Of a stretch of DNA of 64,000 bases, positions 1 through 12,690 are shown piece by piece; within the stretch, counting starts at the first letter, position 1, and each line of letters begins with the position of its first letter. The stretch comes from Paragordius varius. Taxonomy: Eukaryota > Animalia > Nematomorpha. The notes beneath the pieces are model-generated. The model was not told the DNA's origin. It saw only the letters and a list, made by a program, of their open reading frames with translations, and did no database searches. The DNA is taken from positions 12,896,001-12,960,000 of the forward strand of contig OZ176052.1 in assembly GCA_964247055.1 (NCBI GenBank), given 5' to 3'. Both the position numbers and the translations under genes were made by a program.

Positions 1-21
1 ACTACATCAAAATATAGAGAT

Positions 22-34
22 AGTTTGACAAACT
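22..34. repeat. 13-bp interrupted palindrome AGTTTG-A-CAAACT, once per monomer
   Basis: AGTTTG is the reverse complement of CAAACT around a single central A. Confidence 0.9.
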
Positions 35-39
35 CTTTC

Positions 40-132
40 ATATCCGATTTTTACAACGATACTTTAAAAATTAATGTATAAAACTAGTCGCATCAATACT
101 CAAGTAAAACTTTGTCCTAAAAAATCGGATAT
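40..132. repeat. Intra-monomer inverted repeat ATATCCGATTTTTA ... TAAAAATCGGATAT (14-bp arms, 65-bp spacer), present in most monomers
   Basis: Consensus positions 40-53 are the exact reverse complement of 119-132. This first copy carries the CCTAAAAAA variant, so 13 bp match. Confidence 0.95.
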
Positions 133-149
133 TGGTCACCGGTGAACAA
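132..149. repeat. 18-bp near-perfect palindrome TTGGTCACCGGTGAACAA (10-bp perfect core TCACCGGTGA), once per monomer
   Basis: Read directly; one mismatch (G135/A146). A fully perfect version TTGTTCACCGGTGAACAA occurs at 60088-60105. Confidence 0.95.
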
Positions 150-1189
150 AATTATTTTTTATACATTCTCTTAGTAAGACTACATCAAAATATAGAGATA
201 GTTTGACCTCTTTCATATCCATTTTTACAACGATATTTTAAAAATTAATGTATAAAACTAGTCGCATGAATACTCAAGTAAAACTTTGTCCTGAAAAATC
301 GGATATTGGTCACCGGTGAACAAAATTATTTTTTATACATTCTCTTAGTAAGACTACATCAAAATATAGAGATAGTTTGACCTCTTTCATATTCATTTTT
401 ACAACGATATTTTAAAAATTAATGTATAAAACTAGTCGCATGAATACTCAAGTAAAACTTTGTCCTGAAAAATCGGATATTGGTCACCGGTGAACAAAAT
501 TATTTTTTATACATTCTCTTAGTAAGACTACATCAAAATATAGAGATAGTTTGACCTCTTTCATATCCGATTTTTACAACATACTTTAAAAATTAATGTA
601 TAAAACTAGTCGCATCAATACTCAAGTTAAATTTTGTCCTTAAAAATGGGATATTGGTCACCGGTGAACAAAATTATTTTTTATACATTCTCTTAGTAAG
701 ACTACATCAAAATATAGATAAGTTTGACAAACTCTTTCATATCCGATTTTTACAACGATACTTTAAAAATTAATGTATTAAACTAGTCGCATCAATACTC
801 AAGTAAAACTTTGTCCTAAAAAATCGGATATTGGTCACCGGTGAACAAAATTATTTTTTATACATTCTCTTAGTAAGACTACATCAAAATATAGAGATAG
901 TTTGACCTCTTTCATATCCGATTTTTACAACATACTTTAAAAATTAATGTATAAAACTAGTCGCATCAATACTCAAGTTAAATTTTGTCCTTAAAAATGG
1001 GATATTGGTCACCGGTGAACAAAATTATTTTTTATACATTCTCTTAGTAAGACTACATCAAAATATAGATAAGTTTGACAAACTCTTTCATATCCGATTT
1101 TTACAACGATACTTTAAAAATTAATGTATCAAACTAATCGCATCAATACTCAAGTTAAACTTTGTCCTTAAAAATGGGATATTGGTCAC

Positions 1190-4100
1190 CGGTGAACAAA
1201 ACTATTTTTTATACATTCTCTTAGTAGGACTACATCAAAATATAGAGATAGTTTGACCTCTTTCATATCCATTTTTACAACGATATTTTAAAAATTAATG
1301 TATAAAACTAGTCGCATGAATACTCAAGTAAAACTTTGTCCTGAAAAATCGGATATTGGTCACCGGTGAACAAAATTATTTTTTATACATTCTCTTAGTA
1401 AGACTACATCAAAATATAGAGATAGTTTGACCTCTTTCATATCCGATTTTTACAACATACTTTAAAAATTAATGTATAAAACTAGTCGCATCAATACTCA
1501 AGTTAAATTTTGTCCTTAAAAATGGGATATTGGTCACCGGTGAACAAAATTATTTTTTATACATTCTCTTAGTAAGACTACATCAAAATATAGATAAGTT
1601 TGACAAACTCTTTCATATCCGATTTTTACAACGATACTTTAAAAATTAATGTATAAAACTAGTCGCATCAATACTCAAGTTAAATTTTGTCCTTAAAAAT
1701 GGGATATTGGTCACCGGTGAACAAAATTATTTTTTATACATTCTCTTACTAGGACTACATCAAAATATAGAGATAGTTTGGCAAACTCTTTCATATCCGA
1801 TTTTTTCAACGATACTTTAAAAATTAATGTATAAAACTCGCATCAATACTCAAGTTAAACTTTGTCCTTAAAAATCCAATATTGGTCACCGGTGAACAAA
1901 ATTATTTTTTATACATTCTCTTAGTAAGACTACATCAAAATATAGAGATAGTTTGACCTCTTTCATATCCGATTTTTACAACGATACTTTAAAAATTAAT
2001 GTATAAAACTAGTCGCATCAATACTCAAGTAAAACTTTGTCCTAAAAAATCGGATATTGGTCACCGGTGAACAAAATTATTTTTTATACATTCTCTTAGT
2101 AAGACTACATCGAAATATAGAGATAGTTTGACCTCTTTCGTATCCGATTTTTACAACATACTTTAAAAATTAATGTATAAAACTAGTCGCATCAATACTC
2201 AAGTTAAATTTTGTCCTTAAAAATGGGATATTGGTCACCGGTGAACAAAATTATTTTTTATACATTCTCTTAGTAAGACTACATCAAAATATAGAGATAG
2301 TTTAACAAACTCTTTCATATCCGATTTTTACAACGATACTTTAAAAATTAATGTATTAAACTAATCGCATCAATACTCAAGTTAAACATTGTCCTTAAAA
2401 ATCGGATATTGGTCACCGGTGAACAAAATAATTTTTTATACATTCTTTTAGTAAGACTACATCAAAATATAGAGATAGTTTGACAAACTTTTTCATATCC
2501 GATTTTTACAACGATACTTTAAAAATTTATGTATAAAACTAGTCGCATCAATACTCAAGTTAAACTTTGTCCTTAAAAATCGGATATTGGTCACCGGTGA
2601 ACAAAATTATTTTTTATACATTCTCTAAGACTACATCAAAATATAGAAATAGTTTGACAAACTCTTTCATATCCGATTTTTACAACGATACTTTAAAAAT
2701 TAATGTATAAAACTAGTCGCATCAATACTCAAGTTAAATTTTGTCCTTAAAAATGGGATATTGGTCCCCGGTGAACAAAACTATTTTTTATACATTCTCT
2801 TAGTAAGACTACATCAAAATATAGAGATTGTTTGACAAACTCTTTCATATCCGATTTTTACAACGATACTTTAAAAATTAATATATTAAACTAGTCGCAT
2901 CAATACTCAAGTTAAACTTTATCCTTACAAATCAGATATTGGTCACCGGTGAACAAAACTATTTTTTATACATTCTCTTAGTAAGACTACATCATAGAGA
3001 TAGTTTGACAAACTCTTTCATATCCGATTTTTACAACGATACTTTAAAAATTAATGTATAAAACTAGTCGCATCAATACTCAAGTAAAACTTTGTCCTAA
3101 AAAATCGGATATTGGTCACCGGTGAACAAAATTATTTTTTATACATTCTCTTAGTAAGACTACATCGAAATATAGAGATAGTTTGACCTCTTTCGTATCC
3201 GATTTTTACAACATACTTTAAAAATTAATGTATAAAACTAGTCGCATCAATACTCAAGTTAAATTTTGTCCTTAAAAATGGGATATTGGTCACCGGTGAA
3301 CAAAACTATTTTTTATACATTCTCTTAGTAGGACTACATCAAAATATAGGGATAGTTTGACCTCTTTCATATTCATTTTTACAACGATATTTTAAAAATT
3401 AATGTATAAAACTAGTCGCATGAATACTCAAGTAAAACTTTGTCCTGAAAAATCGGATATTGGTCACCGGTGAACAAAATTATTTTTTATACATTCTCTT
3501 AGTAAGACTACATCAAAATATAGAGATAGTTTGACCTCTTTCATATCCGATTTTTACAACATACTTTAAAAATTAATGTATAAAACTAGTCGCATCAATA
3601 CTCAAGTTAAATTTTGTCCTTAAAAATGGGATATTGGTCACCGGTGAACAAAATTATTTTTTATACATTCTCTTAGTAAGACTACATCAAAATATAGATA
3701 AGTTTGACAAACTCTTTCATATCCGATTTTTACAACGATACTTTAAAAATTAATGTATAAAACTAGTCGCATCAATACTCAAGTTAAATTTTGTCCTTAA
3801 AAATGGGATATTGGTCACCGGTGAACAAAATTATTTTTTATACATTCTCTTACTAGGACTACATCAAAATATAGAGATAGTTTGGCAAACTCTTTCATAT
3901 CCGATTTTTTCAACGATACTTTAAAAATTAATGTATAAAACTCGCATCAATACTCAAGTTAAACTTTGTCCTTAAAAATCCAATATTGGTCACCGGTGAA
4001 CAAAATTATTTTTTATACATTCTCTTAGTAAGACTACATCAAAATATAGAGATAGTTTGACCTCTTTCATATCCGATTTTTACAACGATACTTTAAAAAT

Positions 4101-5095
4101 TAATGTATAAAACTAGTCGCATCAATACTCAAGTAAAACTTTGTCCTAAAAAATCGGATATTGGTCACCGGTGAACAAAATTATTTTTTATACATTCTCT
4201 TAGTAAGACTACATCGAAATATAGAGATAGTTTGACCTCTTTCGTATCCGATTTTTACAACATACTTTAAAAATTAATGTATAAAACTAGTCGCATCAAT
4301 ACTCAAGTTAAATTTTGTCCTTAAAAATGGGATATTGGTCACCGGTGAACAAAATTATTTTTTATACATTCTCTTAGTAAGACTACATCAAAATATAGAG
4401 ATAGTTTAACAAACTCTTTCATATCCGATTTTTACAACGATACTTTAAAAATTAATGTATTAAACTAATCGCATCAATACTCAAGTTAAACATTGTCCTT
4501 AAAAATCGGATATTGGTCACCGGTGAACAAAATAATTTTTTATACATTCTTTTAGTAAGACTACATCAAAATATAGAGATAGTTTGACAAACTTTTTCAT
4601 ATCCGATTTTTACAACGATACTTTAAAAATTTATGTATAAAACTAGTCGCATCAATACTCAAGTTAAACTTTGTCCTTAAAAATCGGATATTGGTCACCG
4701 GTGAACAAAATTATTTTTTATACATTCTCTAAGACTACATCAAAATATAGAAATAGTTTGACAAACTCTTTCATATCCGATTTTTACAACGATACTTTAA
4801 AAATTAATGTATAAAACTAGTCGCATCAATACTCAAGTTAAATTTTGTCCTTAAAAATGGGATATTGGTCCCTGGTGAACAAAACTATTTTTTATACATT
4901 CTCTTAGTAAGACTACATCAAAATATAGAGATTGTTTGACAAACTCTTTCATATCCGATTTTTACAATGATACTTTAAAAATTAATATATTAAACTAGTC
5001 GCATCAATACTCAAGTTAAACTTTATCCTTACAAATCAGATATTGGTCACCGGTGAACAAAACTATTTTTTATACATTCTCTTAGTAAGACTACA
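1190..5095 (+). repeat. Higher-order duplication: ~1190-2990 repeated at ~3295-5095 (offset 2104 bp, ~12 monomers)
   Basis: Private markers at constant offset 2104: TTCTCTTACTAGG 1741/3845, TTCTCTAAGA deletion 2621/4725, TTGGTCCC 2761/4865. Confidence 0.9.
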
Positions 5096-5619
5096 TCAAA
5101 ATATAGAGATAGTTTGACAAACTCTTTCATATCCGATTTTTACAACGATACTTTAAAAATTAATGTATAAAACTAGTCGCATCAATACTCAAGTTAAATT
5201 TTGTTCTTAAAAATGGGATATTGGTCACCGGTGAACAAAACTATTTTTTATACATTCTCTTAGTAAGATTACATCAAAATATAGAGATAGTTTGACCTCT
5301 TTCATATCCGATTTTTACAACGATACTTTAAAAATTAATGTATAAAACTAGTCGCATCAATACTCAAGTAAAACTTTGTCCTAAAAAATCGGATATTGGT
5401 CACCGGTGAACAAAATTATTTTTTATACATTCTCTTAGTAAGACTACATCAAAATATAGAGATAGTTTGACCTCTTTCATATCCGATTTTTACAACATAC
5501 TTTAAAAAATTAATGTATAAAACTAGTCGCATCAATACTCATGTTAAATTTTGTCCTTAAAAATAAGATATTGGTCACCGGTGAACAAAATTATTTTTTA
5601 TACATTCTCTTAGTACGAC

Positions 5620-8600
5620 TACATCAAAATATAGAGATAGTTTGACAAACTTTCATATCCGATTTTTACAACGATACTTTAAAAATTAATGTATTAAACT
5701 AGTCGCATCAATACTCAAGTTAAACTTTGTCCTTAAAAATCGGATATTGGTCACCGGTGAACAAAATTATTTTTTATACATTCTCTTAGCAAGACTACAT
5801 CAAAATATAGAGATAGTTTGACAAACTCTTTCATATCCGATTTTTACAACGATACTTTAAAAATTAATGTATAAAACTAGTCGCATCAATACTCAAGTTA
5901 AACTTTGTCCTTAAAAATCGAATATTGGTCACCGGTGATCTAAATTATTTTTTATACATTCTCTTAGTAAGACTACATCAAAATATAGAAATAGTTTGAC
6001 AAACTCTTTCATATCCGATTTTTACAACGATACTTTAAAAATTAATGTAAACTAGTCGCATCAATACTCAAGCTAAACATTGTCCTTAAAAATCGGATAT
6101 TGGTCACCGGTGAACCTATTTTTTATACATTCTTTTAGTAAGACTACATCAAAATATAGAGATAGTTTGACCTCTTTCATATCCGATTTTTAGAACGATA
6201 CTTCAAAAATTAATGTATAAAACTAGTCGCATCAATACTCAAGTAAAACTTTGTCCTAAAAAATCGGATATTGGTCACCGGTGAACAAAATTATTTTTTA
6301 TACATTCTCTTAGTAAGACTACATCAAAATATAGAAATAGTTTGACAAACTCTTTCATATCCGATTTTTACAACGATACTTTAAAAATTAATGTATTAAA
6401 CTAGTCGCATCAATACTCAAGCTAAACATTGTCCTTAAAAATCGGATATTGGTCACCGGTGAACAAAACTATTTTTTATACATTCTCTTAGTAAGACTAC
6501 ATCAAAATATAGAGATAGTTTGACCTCTTTCATATCCGATTTCGATACTTCAAAAATTAATGTATTAAACTAGTCGCATCAATACTCAAGCTAAACATTG
6601 TCCTTAAAAATCGGATATTGGTCACCGGTGAACCTATTTTATATACATTCTCTTAGTAAGACTACATCAAAATATAGAGATAGTTTGACCTCTTTCATAT
6701 CCGATTTTTAGAACGATACTTCAAAAATTAATGTATAAAACTAGTCGCATCAATACTCAAGTAAAACTTTGTCCTAAAAAATCGGATATTGGTCCCCGGT
6801 GAACAAAATAATTTTTTATACATTCTCTTAGTAAGACTACATCAAAATATAGAGATAGTTTGACAAACTCTTTCATATCCGATTTTTACAACGATACTTT
6901 AAAAATTAATGTATTAAACTAGTCGCATCAATACTCAAGTTAAACTTTATCCTTAAAAATCAGATATTGGTCACCGGTGAACAAAACTATTTTTTATACA
7001 TTCTCTTAGTAAGACTACATCAAAATATAGAGATAGTTTGACAAACTATTTCATATCCGATTTTTACAACGATACTTTAAAAATTAATGTATTAAACTAG
7101 TCGCATCAATACTCAAGTTAAACTTTGTCCTTAAAAATCGGATATTGGTCACCGGTGAACAAAATTATTTTATATACATTCTCTTAGTAAGACTACATCA
7201 AAATATAGAGATAGTTTGGCAAACTCTTTCATATCCGATTTTTACAACGATACTTTAAAAATTAATGTATAAAACTAGTCGCATCAATACTCAAGTTAAA
7301 TTTTGTCCTTAAAAATGGGATATTGGTCACCGGTGAACAAAACTATTTTTTATACATTCTCTTAGTAAGACTACATCAAAATATAGAGATAGTTTGAACT
7401 CTTTCATATCCGATTTTTACAACGATACTTAAAATTAATGTATAAAACTAGTCGCATCAATACTCAAGTTAAACTTTGTCCTTAAAAATCGGATATTGGT
7501 CACCGGTGAACAAAATTATTTTTTATACATTCTCTTAGTAAGACTACATCAAAATATAGAAATAGTTTGACAAACTTTCATATCCGATTTTTACAACGAT
7601 ACTTTAAAAATTAATGTATTAAACTAGTCGCATCAATACTCAAGTTAAACTTTATCCTTAAAAATCAGATATTGGTCACCGGTGAACAAAACTATTTTTT
7701 ATACATTCTCTTAGTAAGACTACATCAAAATATAGAGATAGTTTGACAAACTATTTCATATCCGATTTTTACAACGATACTTTAAAAATTAATGTATTAA
7801 ACTAGTCGCATCAATACTCAAGTTAAACTTTGTCCTTAAAAATCGGATATTGGTCACCGGTGAACAAAATTATTTTATATACATTCTCTTAGTAAGACTA
7901 CATCAAAATATAGAGATAGTTTGGCAAACTCTTTCATATCCGATTTTTACAACGATACTTTAAAAATTAATGTATAAAACTAGTCGCATCAATACTCAAG
8001 TTAAATTTTGTCCTTAAAAATGGGATATTGGTCACCGGTGAACAAAACTATTTTTTATACATTCTCTTAGTAAGACTACATCAAAATATAGAGATAGTTT
8101 GAACTCTTTCATATCCGATTTTTACAACGATACTTTAAAAATTAATGTATAAAACTAGTCGCATCAATACTCAAGTTAAACTTTGTCCTTAAAAATCGGA
8201 TATTGGTCACCGGTGAACAAAATTATTTTTTATACATTCTCTTAGTAAGACTACATCAAAATATAGAAATAGTTTGACAAACTTTCATATCCGATTTTTA
8301 CAACGATACTTTAAAAATTAATGTATTAAACTAGTCGCATCAATACTCAAGTTAAACTTTGTCCTTAAAAATCGGATATTGGTCACCGGTGAACAAAATT
8401 ATTTTTTATACATTCTCTTAGCAAGACTACATCAAAATATAGAGATAGTTTGACAAACTCTTTCATATCCGATTTTTACAACGATACTTTAAAAATTAAT
8501 GTATAAAACTAGTCGCATCAATACTCAAGTTAAACTTTGTCCTTAAAAATCGAATATTGGTCACCGGTGATCTAAATTATTTTTTATACATTCTCTTAGT

Positions 8601-9230
8601 AAGACTACATCAAAATATAGAAATAGTTTGACAAACTCTTTCATATCCGATTTTTACAACGATACTTTAAAAATTAATGTAAACTAGTCGCATCAATACT
8701 CAAGCTAAACATTGTCCTTAAAAATCGGATATTGGTCACCGGTGAACCTATTTTTTATACATTCTCTTAGTAAGACTACATCAAAATATAGAGATAGTTT
8801 GACCTCTTTCATATCCGATTTTTAGAACGATACTTCAAAAATTAATGTATAAAACTAGTCGCATCAATACTCAAGTAAAACTTTGTCCTAAAAAATCGGA
8901 TATTGGTCACCGGTGAACAAAATTATTTTTTATACATTCTCTTAGTAAGACTACATCAAAATATAGAAATAGTTTGACAAACTCTTTCATATCCGATTTT
9001 TACAACGATACTTTAAAAATTAATGTATTAAACTAGTCGCATCAATACTCAAGCTAAACATTGTCCTTAAAAATCGGATATTGGTCACCGGTGAACAAAA
9101 CTATTTTTTATACATTCTCTTAGTAAGACTACATCAAAATATAGAGATAGTTTGACCTCTTTCATATCCGATTTCGATACTTCAAAAATTAATGTATTAA
9201 ACTAGTCGCATCAATACTCAAGCTAAACTT
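5620..9230 (+). repeat. Duplication ~5620-6600 / ~8250-9230 (offset 2632) flanking a tandem 4-mer duplication ~6880-8340 (offset 705-707)
   Basis: Offset 2632: ACCGGTGATC 5931/8563, TGTAAACT 6046/8678, GATTTCGATAC 6538/9170. Offset 705: TTTATCC..CAGAT 6946/7651, AGTTTGAACT 7391/8096. Confidence 0.88.
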
Positions 9231-11259
9231 TGTCCTTAAAAATCGGATATTGGTCACCGGTAAACAAAATTAATTTTTATACATTCTCTTAGTAAGACTA
9301 CATCCAAATATAAAGATAGTTTGACAAACTCTTTCATATTCGATTTTTACAACGATACTTTAAAATTTAATGTGTTAAACTAGTCGCATCAATACTCAAG
9401 CTAAACATTGTCCTTAAAAATCGGATATTGGTCACCGGTGAACAAAACTATTTTTTATACATTCTCTTAGTAAGACTACATCAAAATATAGAGATAGTTT
9501 GACAAACTCTTTCATATCCGATTTTTACAACGATACTTTAAAAATTAATGTATTAAACTAGTCGCATCAATACTCAAGCTAAACATTGTCCTTAAAAATC
9601 GGATATTGGTCACCGGTGAACAAAACTATTTTTTATACATTCTCTTAGTAAGACTACATCAAAATATAGAGATAGTTTGACCTCTTTCATATCCGATTTT
9701 TAGAACGATACTTCAAAAATTAATGTATAAAACTAGTCGCATCAATACTCAAGTAAAACTTTGTCCTAAAAAATCGGATATTGGTCACCGGTGAACAAAA
9801 CTATTTTTTATACATTCTCATAGTAAGACTACATCAAAATATAGAGATAGTTTGACAAACTCTTTCATATCCGATTTTTACAACGATACTTTAAAAATTA
9901 TGGTATTAAACTAGTCGCATCAATACTCAAGTTAAACTTTGTCCTTAAAATCGGATATTGGTCACCGGTGAACAAAATTATTTTTTATACATTCTCTTAG
10001 CAAGACTACATCAAAATATAGAGATAGTTTGACAAACTCTTTCATATCCGATTTTTACAACGATACTTTAAAAATTAATGTATAAAACTAGTCGCATCAA
10101 TACTCAAGTTAAACTTTGTCCTTAAAAATCGGATATTGGTCACGGGTGAACAAAATTATTTTTTATACATTCTCTTAGTAAGACTACATCAAAATATAGA
10201 AATAGTTTGAGAAACTCTTTCATATCCGATTTTTACAACGATGCTTTAAAAATTAATGTATTAAACTAGTCGCATCAATACTCAAGTTAAACTTTGTCCT
10301 TAAAAATCGGATATTGGTCACCGGTGAACAAAATTAATTTTTATACATTCTCTTAGTAAGACTACATCCAAATATAGAGATAGTTTGACAAACTCTTTCA
10401 TATTCGATTTTTACAACGATATTTTAAAAATTATGGTATTAAACCAGTCGCATCAATACTCAAGTTAAACTTTGTCCTAAAAAATCGGATATTGGTCACC
10501 GGTGAACAAAATTATTTTTTATACATTCTCTTAGTAAGACTACATCAAAATATAGAAATAGTTTGACAAACTCTTTCATATCCGATTTTTACAACGATAC
10601 TTTAAAAATTAATGTATTAAACTAGTCGCATCAATACTCAAGTTAAACTTTGTCCTTAAAAATCGGATATTGGTCACCGGTGAACAAAATTATTTTTTAT
10701 ACATTCTCTTAGCAAGACTACATCAAAATATAGAGATAGTTTGACAAACTCTTTCATATCCGATTTTTACAACGATACTTTAAAAATTAATGTATAAAAC
10801 TAGTCCCATCAATACTCAAGTTAAACTTTGTCCTTAAAAATCGGATATTGGTCACCGGTGAACAAAATTATTTTTTATACATTCTCTTAGTAAGACTACA
10901 TCAAAATATAGAAATAGTTTGACAAACTCTTTCATTTCCGATTTTTACAACGATGCTTTAAAAATTAATGTATTAAACTAGTCGCATCAATACTCAAGTT
11001 AAACTTTGTCCTTAAAAATCGGATATTGGTCACCGGTGAACAAAATTAATTTTTATACATTCTCTTAGTAAGACTACATCCAAATAAAGAGATAGTTTGA
11101 CAAACTCTTTCATATTCGATTTTTACAACGATACTTTAAAAATTAATGTATAAAACTAGTCGCATCAATACTCAAGTTAAATTTTCTCCTTAAAAATGGG
11201 ATATTGGTCACCGGTGAACAAAATTATTTTTTATACATTCTCTTAGTAAGACTACATCA

Positions 11260-12690
11260 AAATATAGAGATAGTTTGACAAACTCTTTCATATCCGATTT
11301 TTACAACGATACTTTAAAAATTAATGTATTAAACTAATCGCATCAATACTCAAGTTTAACTTTGTCCTTAAAAATCGGATATTGGTCACCGGTGAACAAA
11401 ATTATTTTTTATACATTCTCTTAGTAAGACTACATGAAAATATAGAGATAGTTTGCCAAATTCATTCATATCCGATTTTTACAACGATACTTTAAAAATT
11501 ATTAAAACTAGTCGCATCAATACTCAAGTTAAACTTTGTCCTTAAAAATCGAATATACCGGTGAACAAAATTATTTTTTATACATTCTCTTAGTAGGACT
11601 ACATCAAAATATAGAGATAGTTTGACAAACTCTTTCATATCCGATTTTTACAACGATACTATAAAAATTAATGTATAAAACTAGTCGTATCAATAAATCG
11701 CATCAATACTCAAGTTAAACTTTGTCCTTAAAAATCGAATATTGGTCACCGGTGAACAAAATTATTTTTTATACATTCTCTTACTAGGACTACATCAAAA
11801 TATAGAGATAGTTTGGCAAACTCTTTCATATCCGATTTTTTCAACGATACTTTAAAAATTAATGTATAAAAACTAGTCGCATCAATACTCAAGTTAAACT
11901 TTGTCCTTAAAAATCGGATATTGGTCACCGGTCAACAAAATTATTTTTTATACATTCTCTTAGTAAGACTACATCAAAATATAGAGATAGTTTGACAAAC
12001 TCTTTCATATCCGATTTTTACAACGATACTTTAAAAATTAATGTATTAAACTAATCGCATCAATACTCAAGTTAAACTTTGTCCTTAAAAATCGGATATT
12101 GGTCACCGGTGAACAAAATTATTTTTTATACATTCTCTTAGTAAGACTACATGAAAATATAGAGATAGTTTGCCAAATTCATTCATATCCGATTTTTACA
12201 ACGATACTTTAAAAATCATTAAAACTAGTCGCATCAATACTCAAGTTAAACTTTGTCCTTAAAAATCGAATATACCGGTGAACAAAATTATTTTTTATAC
12301 ATTCTCTTAGTAGGACTACATCAAAATATAGAGATAGTTTGACAAACTCTTTTATATCCGATTTTTACAACGATACTATAAAAATTAATGTATAAAACTA
12401 GTTGTATCAATAAATCGCATCAATACTCAAGTTAAACTTTGTCCTTAAAAATCGGATATTGGTCACCGGTGAACAAAATTATTTTTTATACATTCTCTTA
12501 CTAGGACTACATCAAAATATAGAGATAGTTTGGCAAACTCTTTCATATCCGATTTTTTCAACGATACTTTAAAAATTAATGTATAAAAACTAGTCGCATC
12601 AATACTCAAGTTAAACTTTGTCCTTAAAAATCGGATATTGGTCACCGGTGAACAAAATTATTTTTTATACATTCTCTTAGTAAGACTACA
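11260..12690 (+). repeat. Tandem 4-mer duplication (offset 717)
   Basis: TACATG 11431/12148; 179-bp ORF-bearing monomer 11746/12463. Confidence 0.88.

Larger units (their letters stand above)
1..178 (+). repeat. Representative monomer (178 bp, 49 G+C in the consensus) with single DraI, SpeI and BstEII/AgeI/SgrAI/HpaII sites
   Basis: Read directly: TTTAAA 63-68, ACTAGT 83-88, GGTCACC 134-140, CACCGGTG 137-144 (contains ACCGGT and CCGG). Confidence 0.97.

Noticed and set aside
70-90. TATA-like or -10-like promoter motifs (TATAAAA, TATAGA)
   Set aside because: Expected by chance at ~72% AT; there is no associated gene or transcription evidence.
9-160. A-tract phasing implying intrinsic curvature
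   Set aside because: A/T tracts are plentiful (9-12, 48-52, 63-72, 80-83, 120-124, 148-160), but I cannot show a consistent 10-11 bp phase by eye; it needs a curvature calculation.
1-178. Identity with Arabidopsis CEN178/CEN180, primate alpha-satellite or another known satellite of similar length
   Set aside because: Only the length is similar. The sequence does not resemble those consensuses as I know them and is much more AT-rich. Length alone is not diagnostic, and a database search is needed.
132-178. Helitron 3' end (hairpin followed by CTRR)
   Set aside because: The consensus has CTTAGT rather than CTAG downstream, and the spacing from the palindrome (~20 bp) fits poorly. CTAG appears there only in the TTACTAGG variant.
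2130-2155. CENP-B-box-like motif suggested by TTTCG in the CTTTCGTATCCG variant
   Set aside because: The NTTCGNNNNANNCGGGN pattern is not completed (no CGGG at the right spacing), and the variant is rare.
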